DNA of 58,887 bases, filler included, from Platydemus manokwari (Eukaryota): the NCBI GenBank assembly GCA_037951405.1. It is 5 parts of 5 records of this genome, joined end to end, with 100 filler letters (N's around TTAATTAATTAA, not from the genome) between each part and the next. Parts side by side here need not be neighbours in the genome. Positions count along the whole stretch, not along the records: positions 37,846 to 47,327 come from JBBMOY011242763.1; positions 47,428 to 58,887 come from JBBMOY010664429.1; 3 more parts are not named here. One strand, 5' to 3'. A program made the translations under genes and the position numbers. Shown here one piece after another: positions 39,183 through 51,805 of this stretch. A model generated the notes under the pieces. The model ran no database searches, was not told the origin of the DNA, and saw nothing but the letters and a program-made list of their open reading frames with translations. Each line of letters begins with the position of its first letter. Position 1 is the first letter of the stretch.

Positions 39183-42100
39183 ATGGCTTATCCCCGCTCA
39201 CGATCAAATAACAGCTCGTATTCATCTCGAGAATATTCGTACAAATCTCAAGCAACAAATGATCAGCTTATAAATGATTCTCCATGGAAAAATGATAGCT
39301 CGTTTTCATCACCGCGAACCAATACTCGTTTTCATACAATGTCGTCTAATAAATCACCTAATACTCCCAACACAAATTTCTCTTCTAACTTTTATACCAT
39401 GAAAGAGCCAGATTTACATTGGCAAATCAATAATCCTTCGTCCGAGATTCACACTCGTGGTCGATCGAATTCTCCAAGCTCAATTTCTGGGAGCCACCGG
39501 ATAAATGCTTCTTCTCTGCCTCATCCGATGAATGAAGATCGAGATCAATTCTCAATTTTTGGATCTTTCAGAAAACAAAGAAGCGAGATTCGGACAAATT
39601 CTCACCGTCAGGAAATCTCTGAACGTCAAATAAGCGATTATCACAACTTACCCGTTAAGCAACAGCCTCAGCAACAACAAGTTCCTACAATCAATCTATC
39701 AACAAATTCTCAACTGCCCGTCAATTCTGAACTGCATTCATCCGGTTATTTCACTCCCAATTTGAAAAGCCATACAAATACACTGCTGGAATTGCTTAAC
39801 ATCGACGAGGTCGATAGCAAACCCACACGAATCAAACCTCTAGCGATGACCATCAGACCAGAAATTCAAAAGCCAAATATCACCAACTCACCACAGCAGA
39901 GAGAACCGGAGGAAATCCATTCGCCAGACGTTGGAAAAATCGAAATTCCACTTTTGAATCAAGAGCCTCTCACCAATGAACCGCCATCGAAAGATCAAAA
40001 CATTGAACGACTGAATAAGAATCTCGACAAAGCCAACGCCAAAATCAAATCACTCCAACACCACAATGAAGAAATGCAAAAACATTTGAAAAATCTTCTC
40101 ACCGAACGCAAACAGCTCATCAAACAAATCGAAAACATCGAAATCGAAGAAATAATCGAAGAGGAAGAAGTGCAAAAAGCCAAAGGCAATAAAAGTCCAA
40201 AACAAGACAACTCCAATCATCAGCCGATCGTGACGGTGAAAACCGACGACAACACCGTCGACAAGAACCGAATAACAATGTCCGATGTGCCAGCACTGGT
40301 GTTGAATAATTATCGGAAAGAAATCATCGAACAGGAGAGAGAAAAAATGGAATTGGAAAAACGAACTCTCATCGAAACATTAAACATCCAATATCAACAG
40401 CAACTCCATTCACTGAAGCGTGAACATGAATCACAGCGTGTCCCAGTCAAGCATGTCTCGATAATGAGTGGCGATAAGAAGAAATTCAATCAAACTGGTT
40501 CCGAAGTGGATTTTTCCCGATTAAAACCCGCTATGAGAACAATCGCTACCAATTTTCAACCCGTAACATCGACCAAGGAATCACAAAACGAATCGAGAGA
40601 AGTGAATAAAAAATTGGCCACAGATACCTACAAATCATTTCAGAGCCATATCAAACGATATCAACTGAAAACCACCAATTCACAAGAATCCATTTTCAAA
40701 CGCATTGCAAATTCCATCGAATCCAACAACCCAACGGAATTGTCGTCAATAATCGGCGAGATGATGTTCAAACCGTCTCGATCTGTTGAAATCACTGCGA
40801 GACCATTGATGATACCGAAACAATCGCAGACTAATATCGTTGAAGAACCACACTCGAAAATTGCCAAGGAAACATACAGATCATTCAAAAACCATATCAA
40901 AAAAAATGAAACCGTGACAACGAAATGGCATGATTCAGTCTTAGATCGTTTGGTAAATTCTTTGCATAACAACGATTCGGAAGGTCTGGCACGGTTGGTG
41001 GAAGAACTCTTATTCAAACCAACCAAATCGATTGGCATCAATTCCGTTCCGACCAATTCTCATAAGATAACTCAAACACATCACCATAATTTTGGCAATG
41101 CTATTTTTGAAACCAATATCCTTGCTGATAAACCAACAGTTGAGAAATTATCTAAATCGATTGCTGTCAGTCCAACTTTGGTCCATAAAGGAACTCAGCC
41201 AGAAGAATCGTATTATTTCGAAACCGGAACAATGACAGATCATATCTTCTATCGTAGCCAAGGTGTTATGACAGCTGGTGATTACATAAAATCTGCCACT
41301 TCACCGCAATTCGATACTGAGTCGTATGTGACTAAGAGTTCTAATATTTCCAAACAAACCAAATCACAGACCATTATCATTCAGTCGGAATCCTTCAATA
41401 ATCCTTCAAATGGAGTCAATAATTCAAAACTGGAAGAAAGAACAAATTCTCAGAATCATAATAAGATTCGATCAACCATGCCTGAAAAAATATACCACGA
41501 GAAAATAAACGATCAAGTTTTCAAGGATTCAAAAGATGTGAGAAACATCAAGACGAATTTAAATGAAAAGTCTGAATCCAATGAGAAAAAAAATTCCTTT
41601 AGCTCGTCTGGATCCAAGACACCAAAAGAAGTTGAAATAAAAAGTTCTAAGACATCCAAGCATTCTAAGAGTGATCCTAAACAAATTGTAGAAGTATCTG
41701 AACAGAAAATCGAGGAAACGGTTCAAATTCTAACTGCTCACGTTGATAAAGACCAGAAACTAAAAGAAGAAACGGAAACGATGGTGGAATGTTGGGAAAC
41801 TATATCAACGTTAAAAGATGGAAAACTAATCGAAAAAAAGGAGAATTATCGGGATAAATTAATTAGTTCAGATCCGGATGAAATACTCAAACATCTCGTA
41901 TCACATACTCATGATCATCATCCAAATGAAACGTCTCCAATAAATGCTGCACTCACATTTTCACTTCTTTCTGGCAAGGATTCTACGAGTGTATCAACGA
42001 ATCTGATCACTGAATCAACAAAACATCCTGACAATGAAGGCATCAATATTCCTATCATATCAAAGATGGATACAAATTCGAACTTGTCACTTCAGTCAAA

Positions 42101-45100
42101 TTTATCATTTACCATTCCATTATCCAAAATCGATGAGTCAAATCCTACAAGTCCTGATTCAAACCCTTTAGAAAAGATTGAGGATATTAAATCACAAAGT
42201 CACATGTTTAAAGATGAGAGACAACTCGCCCCTGATAATATTAAGCATATTCCCATAGGAATTTCTGATAAAAAATCGATCGGTGAATCGTCTGGTCAGT
42301 ACAATGAATTCTATGAGAATAAAACCAATATTTCTACTGATTCGTCAAAGAATAAACCACAGATACATAATGTTGGCATGACTTCCGAATTTACCGAAAA
42401 TGCCAACAAAAAGCATCCTAATTTATCATCACCCAATGCAATATGGAATTCAATAAACGAAAACGATGACGTTGATTCGATTCCCGCACATGGATTTAAG
42501 CATCTGGATTCACATGCACCGAAATACCAATATGGTAACAACATCTCAACTAATATGGGAAAGGAATCCACAGAATCTGTACAGTACCATACCGAAAGAA
42601 TAGAATACAAAACATGTGTTATCAGTGAATCTTCAAGAGGAGTCGGAAAAGAAATCGTCAGTCCAGTCAGTTCTGGGTCATTTGAAAATTCCTACAATAA
42701 ACCTCAAACTACTTCATCTTCAAATATATCAATTTCTCAAACTTTAGATGGGAATTTTACGAAACGTTTAGAAAATCGAGAATCAATTCAATCGAACACA
42801 TTCAAGGATGAGAATGACAGAACCTTTTCACCATCAATGTCATCTCACACACACCAAACTAGTTTTTGTAAAGATTCGACTGATAATTCAAATCGTCAGT
42901 ACAGTGAAGGTTTCGAGTGTGACACAAGCACGTCTTTAGACTCATCAAAAGTTTTCTCAAAAGGAGGAATCAATATTCCAATCAACTTGGACTATTCATC
43001 ATCAAGTACTCCTTTGACTGATAATATGGAAAATAGTTCGTCCAAATCTCCAAATATTGGTTCAAGCCCATTAGAGATTCTTCATCACATAAAATCGAAT
43101 GCATATAAGGAAAGGAAATTCGTTCCCACCAATACCGCTCACACGTTCTCAATAAGTTCTGGTAAAGAATTCACTGATGGATCGTCTCGACAATACAGTG
43201 AAAGTCATGAATCTATGTCTAACAGGACCTATCAATCATCGAAAGATATAATAAAAGATGTTCCCATTGATCCAATGAATTCTAGAAGAAATCTTGAAGA
43301 GAGATCCGAGACAAATTCATTTTCAAGCTTTTCCATGTCACCACAAAATGTCTTTGTAAATCCTTCAAAAAACATCGCAAATTTGAAAGCAGACGTAAAT
43401 CGTGGTGATGATAAACGACAATTCACACCTAGTAATGTTAGTCATACATTTTCTAAGATATCTGGTAAAGAATCCAATGATGGGTCGTCTCGGCAATACA
43501 GTGAAAGCTATGAATTCAAGACCAACAAGACCTTTCAATCATCGAAAGATACAGTAAAAGATGGAATCAATGTTTCCATTGATCCAATAAATTCTAATAG
43601 AAATCTTGAAGGGAGATCCGAGACAAACTCATTTTCAAGCTTTTCAATGTCACCACAAAATATCTTTGTAAATCCTTCACAAACAAACGAAAATTTGAAA
43701 GCAAATATAAACATAAATCGTGGCGATGATAGACGACAATTCATTCCTAGTAATGTTACTCATACCCATTCTAAGATTTCTGGTAAAGAATCCACTGATG
43801 ATTCCACTCGGCATTACAGTGAGAGTTATGAACAGCAAACAAGTATTTCTGTCACTTCATCGATGGGAATGCCTCATGAAACCATTAGCATTCCAGTTCA
43901 TTCTGACTCTTTCAACTATTCGTCTACGAAATCAAACATCAGCTCATCAACGATTCCCATATATAAAAGTTCGGGAGATATAATTTCATCGAAATATGAG
44001 AATATCTCGAAAATTGTAACTCAAATGCCTGTTGTAACTACAGAATATGTGACAGCAATCAGTGAAGAAATTAGCTCCCATGGCAATGGATCCTTTAGCA
44101 CCTGTGAACGAATGAAAACAAACTCTTCCGATAATAATTATAAAACACAAGGTTCCATTGGGATTATAAGCTCGCCGCTTTCAGCCGCATCTTTCTCTTC
44201 CAAATCAAGCAGTTCTACGCCAAGACAAATAATTTCAAAGAAAGAAACATCTAATTCCCATTCACATTCCCGACATAGAGACATTCATATTAAATCCAGC
44301 TCTTCGAGTTCTAAACCAACAGTGATTAGAAGATCGATAAAAGTCCACAATCCACAATCAACATCATCATATCAAACAGAAAATGTCAAATTATTTCATC
44401 AATCTTCACAAGCAGAACACTGGAGAACTCAAAAAATCAATCCAGATGGTACTGATAATAACTCGGCATTCATTGGATCAGGAAGCAGTGCGTTTTATCC
44501 AATAATAGATCAGAATAGGACAGCGTCATCGAAAATGGATGACAATGTGAACAACTTAGAGTAATTGATTTTATCTTTATTGATTTTCTATTATTTTAAA
44601 TAAAATTATCTAATTTTCTATAAACAATGATAAATCAATGGTTTATTGAATTTCTAATAACGTATAAATTCATCCGAAATCATTAAATTGTATTTGGAAT
44701 ATTGGAATGAACGATTTTCGATAAACTTTTTAAAAGAAGCTTCAAGATTAACGGAATACAAATCATTTTATACATTATATAATAACAATGATGTCATCAT
44801 AGATTTTATGAATGAAAATTATCGTTTAGGCTTTCAATTAATATAATGACCAGATGCTATACTGATGGAATGTAATTGATATTCTCGCTTAATCAATAAA
44901 ACAGTGACCTTGAGTTAATAAATTGGCATTTATTGTTAATAAAATATTTACTAAAGAACTTTTACAGATACACACGCACAGACACACACACATTAAGTTT
45001 TTGATATGGATTTGTGTTTCACTTGTAATGTGTGCGTGTACGTGTGTGTACCTTTAATTTATTGTTGTCGGGTAGCCTGAATTATTTGTTTAAAGCACAT

Positions 45101-46396
45101 TCTAATGTGTTTTCATTGAATTTAAATCAAATAAGTTTATTGATTTTCAGAATCATTTCTAAATGATGTATCAATCGTCAACAAACATCATCAATAAAAT
45201 TTTGGTATTAACAAAATAAGTAACTGAGCGGTGGCAAATGTTACTGTGATCATTTTGCATTCGAAAAATGATAAAAAGAAAAGTTTTTTAAGATTTGTGG
45301 AGTCAGACTGCAACCCAGATTTTTGTAGGCACGTTTTGTGGCGACGTTTTGGCTTATTGAGATTGATTATTGAAAGGAAAATAAATAAATAAAAGCTTGG
45401 TTGATAGATAAAACTATAATGGTATATCAAAAGTTATCTGATCAATATTTTCAGACGATTTTAGCTTTATTGTGTTGATTTTACCTGGGAGCTTTCTACG
45501 TTTTTAAGGATTCTGGTTTTTTAAGTAATAAAGAGAATTATTAAAAAGTTTCTTCAAATGTTTTAAAGCACTCCACTACTCATACGACAACCATGTTCGG
45601 TATTTGAAATCATTTCTCTGTTATAGAATACTGTTGCCGGAAAACATCTTCCAATTCGCCAGTCAAGTGTTGGTATGGCTGAATACAAATAAATATTGTT
45701 CGATCAATGATATCGAAGATATACCCACAGAATTGGTATTGTCTTATTGATTGGTGTCAGATTTATTATGTATTGATTAATCCAGATTGAAGCGAGTAAC
45801 ATTCTCACAGATTGGTGGGTAGATATGGTAGTGAAATTGAATTTCAGCCAGTTGGCTTCAACTATTCAATATTTAATGTCAACATTCAGTAAGAATTTTG
45901 TGAGATTTCTCGTCACAAATCGTGATCAACAGGTTAGATCATTACTGAATGGAAGATTAGGAAATAATTGACATTGATTCAGGGAAATACATGCCTTCAT
46001 TATATAGTCGGTCATCAGTGTTGGGAATCGTTTTCTGTTCTCTTTGCCACCGGTTTCGTCGATCCAAATATTTACAACGTCCAAGGTTTCACAGTATTGA
46101 TGCTAGTAGCGACCTTGCAGGTTTCCGATGAGATTCTGGGAGCTCATATTCGCAGATTGACTTACAATGCCAAACTAAATCTCCAATCAAAAGAACAAGG
46201 TCAAACAGCTCTTTACCTAGCAGCATTGCACAATAATGATAACACAATCACTCTGCTTTCATCTCTTGGAGGCGATATCAATATTCCAGACAATGATGGC
46301 AACACACCTCTTATGGTTGCAGTTTCTAAAAATAATGTCAGGGCGGTTAAAGCTATCCTCGCTATCCCCAGTGTTTTAATTGAATTACAGAACAAG
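39183..46396 (+). CDS. KANK: KANK-family ankyrin-repeat scaffold protein; giant exon to 44560, then exons 45627-45735, 45786-45932 and 45983-46396; terminal exon not found
   Basis: The 1803-aa ORF has a coiled coil and KANK-like RSVxV/KSIGI motifs, and ends at a phase-2 GT donor (44561) that splices in frame to exon 45627. The C-terminus DWWVDM...FLVTNRDQQGNTCLHYIVGH...NVQGFTVLML...QSKEQGQTALYLAA...DNDGNTPLMVA matches the KANK ankyrin region. The first ATG is at 39183; the true start may be upstream. Confidence 0.8.
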
Positions 46397-46429
46397 GTTA
46401 ATCATTTTAATTATTTTTACTCATCGTCG

Positions 46430-46540
46430 GTAATAATAATAAATTATAATGAATAATAATAATTATTATTATTATAAGTAATAATTATAAATAATAATTA
46501 TAAATAATAATGAATAAATAATAATAATAATAATAATAAC
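46430..46540 (+). repeat. Degenerate (AAT)n microsatellite
   Basis: Visible AAT/ATT runs in the KANK intron. Confidence 0.9.
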
Positions 46541-47999
46541 ACAAAAATGTCCGGAATTACGAGATCAGAGCTTTTAAATTTTGGAACAATGAGACTTAAC
46601 TGATTTCATTGATTTATCCATTCTCAAGGCTCATTGAAGAAATTCGAAAATAGGAGAACTCACAAAATATTTTTATATTCAATGGCATCACCACGGAAAC
46701 CAAACCTAATAAAAATATTAAAAATATATTCTAGAAAAAAATTAAAAAGTACCTTACCGTGATTACCTTCTGAATTTTTTTTGTTTTATTTGTTGTACGT
46801 AATAAATTGGTATTAAATAGTGTATATCGAATACTCTGTCTCAAGAATGATGATTTTCAATAATAGACTTATTCCAATATTTTATCAGTCAGTGAATTTC
46901 CGAAACACGTTTCCAAACATAGTAATTTTCATCATTTTAATTTTGATTTATTATTTATAATATTATTGATTTTATTGTGCTTGTTAGTAAGTGAAAATAT
47001 TCATATCATATACTGTTGGTATAAAGGTAACTGATATTAATGTTGGTTTGGTGTTCAATCCGATATTGATGAGTAGATAAAACTATTAAACAAGTACATC
47101 AATAGGCCTAGTGCTGTGGATTCAAATGGTTGGTTCAGCAGATGCTAAAATCAATAAACATTATAATTAATTATTGTACTTTTTCTTACAATTTTTATTG
47201 ATCAGTGTTAGTTACCAAAATTTCTGCATTTCTAATATTCAAATCAAATCTCATATTAACAACAGAACAAAAAATCTATTTGCCAATACATCAATTTTCC
47301 AATATATTTAAAATATTAAATTTAAATNNNNNNNNNNNNNNNNNNNNNNNNNNNNNNNNNNNNNNNNNNNNTTAATTAATTAANNNNNNNNNNNNNNNNN
47401 NNNNNNNNNNNNNNNNNNNNNNNNNNNATTTTCAGTATATTCATACTAAGGGGTGCATTGACAAACTTTTAGCACACAAATTCAAAGTTAAAAATAATAT
47501 TTAAAATGAAGTTGATTTTCAGTTTACCATTTTCAATTTACCAAAACTACTCTAGAAATTTATTGAAAACATATTTTTATATATAAATATTTTATTATTG
47601 TTTTTTTAATATTGATTACAATGTTGCAATTTTTTCTGTGGTTATAAACTCTGTTTAACTAAGCATTTACAGAACATGTAATTATTTTCAAAATTAATTT
47701 ACTTAGTAGTGAGATTGAGTTAAGTTAATGTTATGAGATTGTGGGTATTGAATCGAGATAAACATTTCTGTACTTCGATTTTATCATTTCAACTGGTTAC
47801 AATTGAGTTTTAGAAATTGAATATTGCTGAGTGAGATGAATTTCTGCAAAAAGAAAAATAAAGTTGCACCTTGGAACCTTTGTTTTGACACTTTGAACAT
47901 TTGCATACCTACACAGCCAAACAGGCAATCAGCCAATCACAATGAAGTTAGATGGTAAATTACAATTAGAAAAAGAGGCATACCTACACAAAACATACT

Positions 48000-48243
48000 T
48001 GTAGGGATTGACAAATTTCACTAATGTAATAAATTAAAAACGCCGTAAGAACACAAAAACAATTATAAAATCAAAATATGATACAATGACACAAAAAATA
48101 CACACAGGTCTCAAGTATAAAAATTGATGTCAAGGTGGACAATTGCTAGTTGAAAGTCAAGTTTGGGTTAAGATTTTGCAGTTCGTATATTGATTAATAC
48201 ATCTTCGTATTGGAGTAAGTTACTTATTGTTACTTACCCAACA
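48000..48243 (+). repeat. Putative 5' LTR of the env-bearing Gypsy element
   Basis: It starts TGTAGGG and ends CCCAACA (6/7 inverted match) with an internal TATAAAA at about 48116. It is followed by a PBS-like TGGTGAGC at 48250 and then gag. No second LTR is available for confirmation. Confidence 0.5.
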
Positions 48244-48336
48244 ATTAATTGGTGAGCTCTCATTCGAACATCAGAGAACCAGGATTCAGGGAATCAATCC
48301 TCTTCAGGTCAATAACAAATTCAACACCAGATGTGA

Positions 48337-49122
48337 ATGGTTTCACAAGCCGATTTTCCTAGTTGCCAAAAGCTTCTTGTCGAACAGTACGGTGGAGACC
48401 TAATTAATTTTGTAGATTTTATGACGGATTATTTTATATGTGCTTCCGCATACAGTTGGACTGAAAGGACGACAATCCAAAGACTTCCTCTTTACTTAAA
48501 AGAAGCAACAAGAGATGTCTACAACCAAATCGACAGACGAAACATTGTCCAATCGACAGTAATAAAAGACACCTTATCAGAGAACTTAATTAGTGGTGAC
48601 GTTGGCCGCATTATCTGTTAAAAATTTTTCCACACATCGCAGAAACTGTAGGTGTTTTTGTTAACACTTGAAGAAAAAGCATTGAGACCGAAATCGGATT
48701 GGCCAGGACAAACGAGAAAAGTGGTTGAGTATCAATTTTTGAAATGAGTCACATCAGTACAGCACTCAAGATAGTCGATTATACCACCTAAGATGAACTC
48801 ATAAAAAAAGCTATGGGAGTGGAAATTAATTCCACATAAATAATTCGCTAGCATGTCACATGCCACCGAAACAGATTTTCTTCTATGGGTAAAATTGAAA
48901 GGCCATCACCCACAAAATCTATCGATAATAGCGGTCCAAAATCCACCCGATCATTCACAAAATATCGTCAATCGTCGGTCAGCGACTCCAAAGAAGCAGC
49001 TAGGGGTGACATGCTTTAAATGCAATCGCATTGGACACTATGCCAATCAAAGCAAATTTGCATTTGCTAGTGAGAATCTATCGAAACCTCGAAGTAGTTC
49101 CATTTCGAAAATTGAATTTTAG
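48337..49122 (+). pseudogene. Gypsy gag relic
   Basis: The segment QYGGDLINFVDFMTDYFICASAYSWTERTTIQRLPLYLKEATRDVYNQI fits the Gypsy capsid pattern, and a CX2CX4H knuckle follows (last Cys lost). Confidence 0.8.
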
Positions 49123-49779
49123 TGAAATAGTGAAAACTTTGGAAATTATCAAGGAAAATATATCAATGTTTTGTAATTTGAGTGAGTTAATATATTTGTT
49201 AGTACCTTATATAGAACAATGTTTACTTATTAATTCTACTTTCATTAGTATTTTAAGGTTATGTGGAAAAGGAAGGTTTAAATCTATCTCAGCGTGAGAT
49301 CAGTTTGATGAAATCAGGAGTCGATATGGAGAATGTCAAAGACCATCGGTGTACAAAGGTAAAGAAAATCAGTTGAAAGATTTCGGAAAAGTTGTGAAAC
49401 GAAGCAGTTATTATTTTATCATATTGTGGTCAAAACTTAGATGATGATGGATATTTGTTGAATTACGGATGTGTTTCCGGAAAAGCAATTAAAATTAATG
49501 TTAAAGTTCATTACGAACAAGGCATTGTTAATGACAACGTAGAATATGAACGAACCAATTTGCATAAAAATAATGTTACGTACAGCATTCAAGATGCAGC
49601 ATTTAATTTCATAAAGGTTTTGATACTTCTAATAATAATAAAAATTATACAGACTTTGTTATTAAAAAGGAAAATATGTAATTTCATGAAATCGAACTAA
49701 TTAATAATAAAAATAAAATATATTTAATAAAATCAAAAAATAAGAAAAGTAAAATATTAAGAAGTGGAATGTTATCCTT

Positions 49780-51788
49780 AAACTTGGAGCAAAGCAATAA
49801 GTTTTATGATGATGATAATGATATTTGGTATCGGAAATGAGGTTAGAACTTTAATTGCTTATGATTCCTCTAAAACAGAAATGTGACAAATTTATTAATT
49901 AATGAATACAACGGAATGGCTAGAAGCATATCCGATGCAAATCTCTAGTGGAGAAAATGAGCATTATTTTTTATATCAGGAATCGAATTTTATTAATGTG
50001 CAAGTAAAAGAATGTTTCGCTAAGAAGACAATTTTTGTTTTCATTATGGTAAATGGAGTCATATCGTTGATCATGATGAAGGCGATCCTCAGACCATTAG
50101 CTATAGACACTGACAACTGTGAAGTAGCTTTTCAAACGAAAATTAAAAATAGACATCGAAAATTGATTATCTGCAAAAAGTGGCTACATCATGAAAGAAT
50201 CCATTGCAGTTAGAGGCTCTGTAACAGGCCATGGAGAATGTAAAGGAGAACTATATAAATTTTCTGGACAAATTGTCGATAAAGATGTAGTGATGGAAGA
50301 ATATCCCTTCGAAATACGACAATGGTAAGGTGTATTTGATGTACTGAACGGTCAAATGCAAACTCATCCATTCTGTAACTCAAAATACATAAGTTGCCAA
50401 ATAGATGAGTCAGTATTAGTATATAACGTAAGGTCACAAGACCATAATTTGGTATTTTTAAAAGAAACTAATTTAATGGAAGTTAAGGGCGAAAGAGTAA
50501 ATGAAGTTATTTACAACTTGCCTTCCGATCGAACACCTAAGGGCAAGATAAAGGCTATTTCAGTAAGAAGGAAGCGAACCTCAAACGTTTTGATATCAAC
50601 TTGATTGAGGAAGGAATGCGCTTTAAAAGAAAAGACAGTTACCAAACGTGGTAAATTAGTGTATCAGACCAACTATAAAGGTCTTTATGTATCGAAAACA
50701 AAACCGGAAAGTGGTAAGGAAAAAGTTCACAACGGTGATATAAAGTTAACACAATATTTTAGTAATAAATTAGAAAATTTCATTTCGGTCAAAATATAGT
50801 TGCTAATATGCATCAAGAAGTTATATTAAATGATTGCAAACTAATCCGTGAAATTCTTCGCAATATAACAGCGGTGGTGTTTACAAAGCCAAATGCAGTA
50901 GCGCCTATGCCTGTTGTCGAAAATGGAATATTTGGTTGCGTTTTAGATGAAGCACTATATAGCTACAGATGAAAGGGAATCTCAGTATAAATAATGAAAC
51001 ATGAAACATGCTTAAACGAACTACCAATCAACGTCGAAAGAGAACTATATTTCATGGAACCGATAACTCGAATCATCTTGGAAGAAGAAACGAAACAAAT
51101 AAGGATTTAGAATGCAGACATATTTTAGCACCGCTATACAGCTTAACACTCGATCAATGTATTGTGCCACCAAACAGAAATATAGGTAAACCATCTGAAA
51201 AATTAAAACTAACTCAATTGAAATACTGAATAAATTTCACATCTCTAAATAATTTATCTGCTACTGGAATGTATTCACCAGAGGGCTTGGAGGAAGCCAA
51301 ACGTAACCTACGTACTACTACTATTCCCATTAAAGAGAGAACGCATAATAACCAAAGGGAAGCTTTCAAGCCAATTACGAATACTTGCTAGATCCAGATC
51401 ATTACAAAAAGCAACTCTAAACACCATGCGAAAAATTTGGATAAAATTCATATTCTTCGGACTAGCCTGTGCTGGACTGATAGAAGTTTTATTAGCACAA
51501 GTACCATATACTTATCGTCTATATAGCATTGTAGGAGGTTCGTGGGAATTAATTTTAGGTTGTATCCCATTCTTAGCTAAATTTTTTATAATCAATCATC
51601 AGTATGAAGAAATGAATAATATTAAATCTAAAATGAGAAATAAAAGGAAAATAAGATTTAGTACATCTTTGATTTCAGAGGATACTCTACTAAATGAAGA
51701 AAATAATGATTTTAACTCAAGGGTGATAAAAATATTATCACAAATTCAGATAAATCGATACCAAATTTGGAAGACTAGGGAACATTAA
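49780..51788 (+). pseudogene. Chuvirus-like (class III, gB-type) envelope glycoprotein relic
   Basis: Collinear motifs across frames: hydrophobic signal then LIAYD; FLYQESNFINVQVKEC; HYGKWSH; GSVTGHGECKG; FCNSKYISC; YQTNYKGLYV; DIKLTQYFSNK; NDCKLIREILRN...KPNAVA; TCLNELPI...FMEPITRII; LSATGMYS; and the membrane region WIKFIFFGLACAGL...GGSWELILG. Confidence 0.8.
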
Positions 51789-51805
51789 AACTAGGGCGTT
51801 TAGAA

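Noticed and set aside
39995-43983. Antisense and alternative-frame ORFs inside the 1803-aa ORF
   Set aside because: They are shadows of the KANK coding sequence and its repeats.
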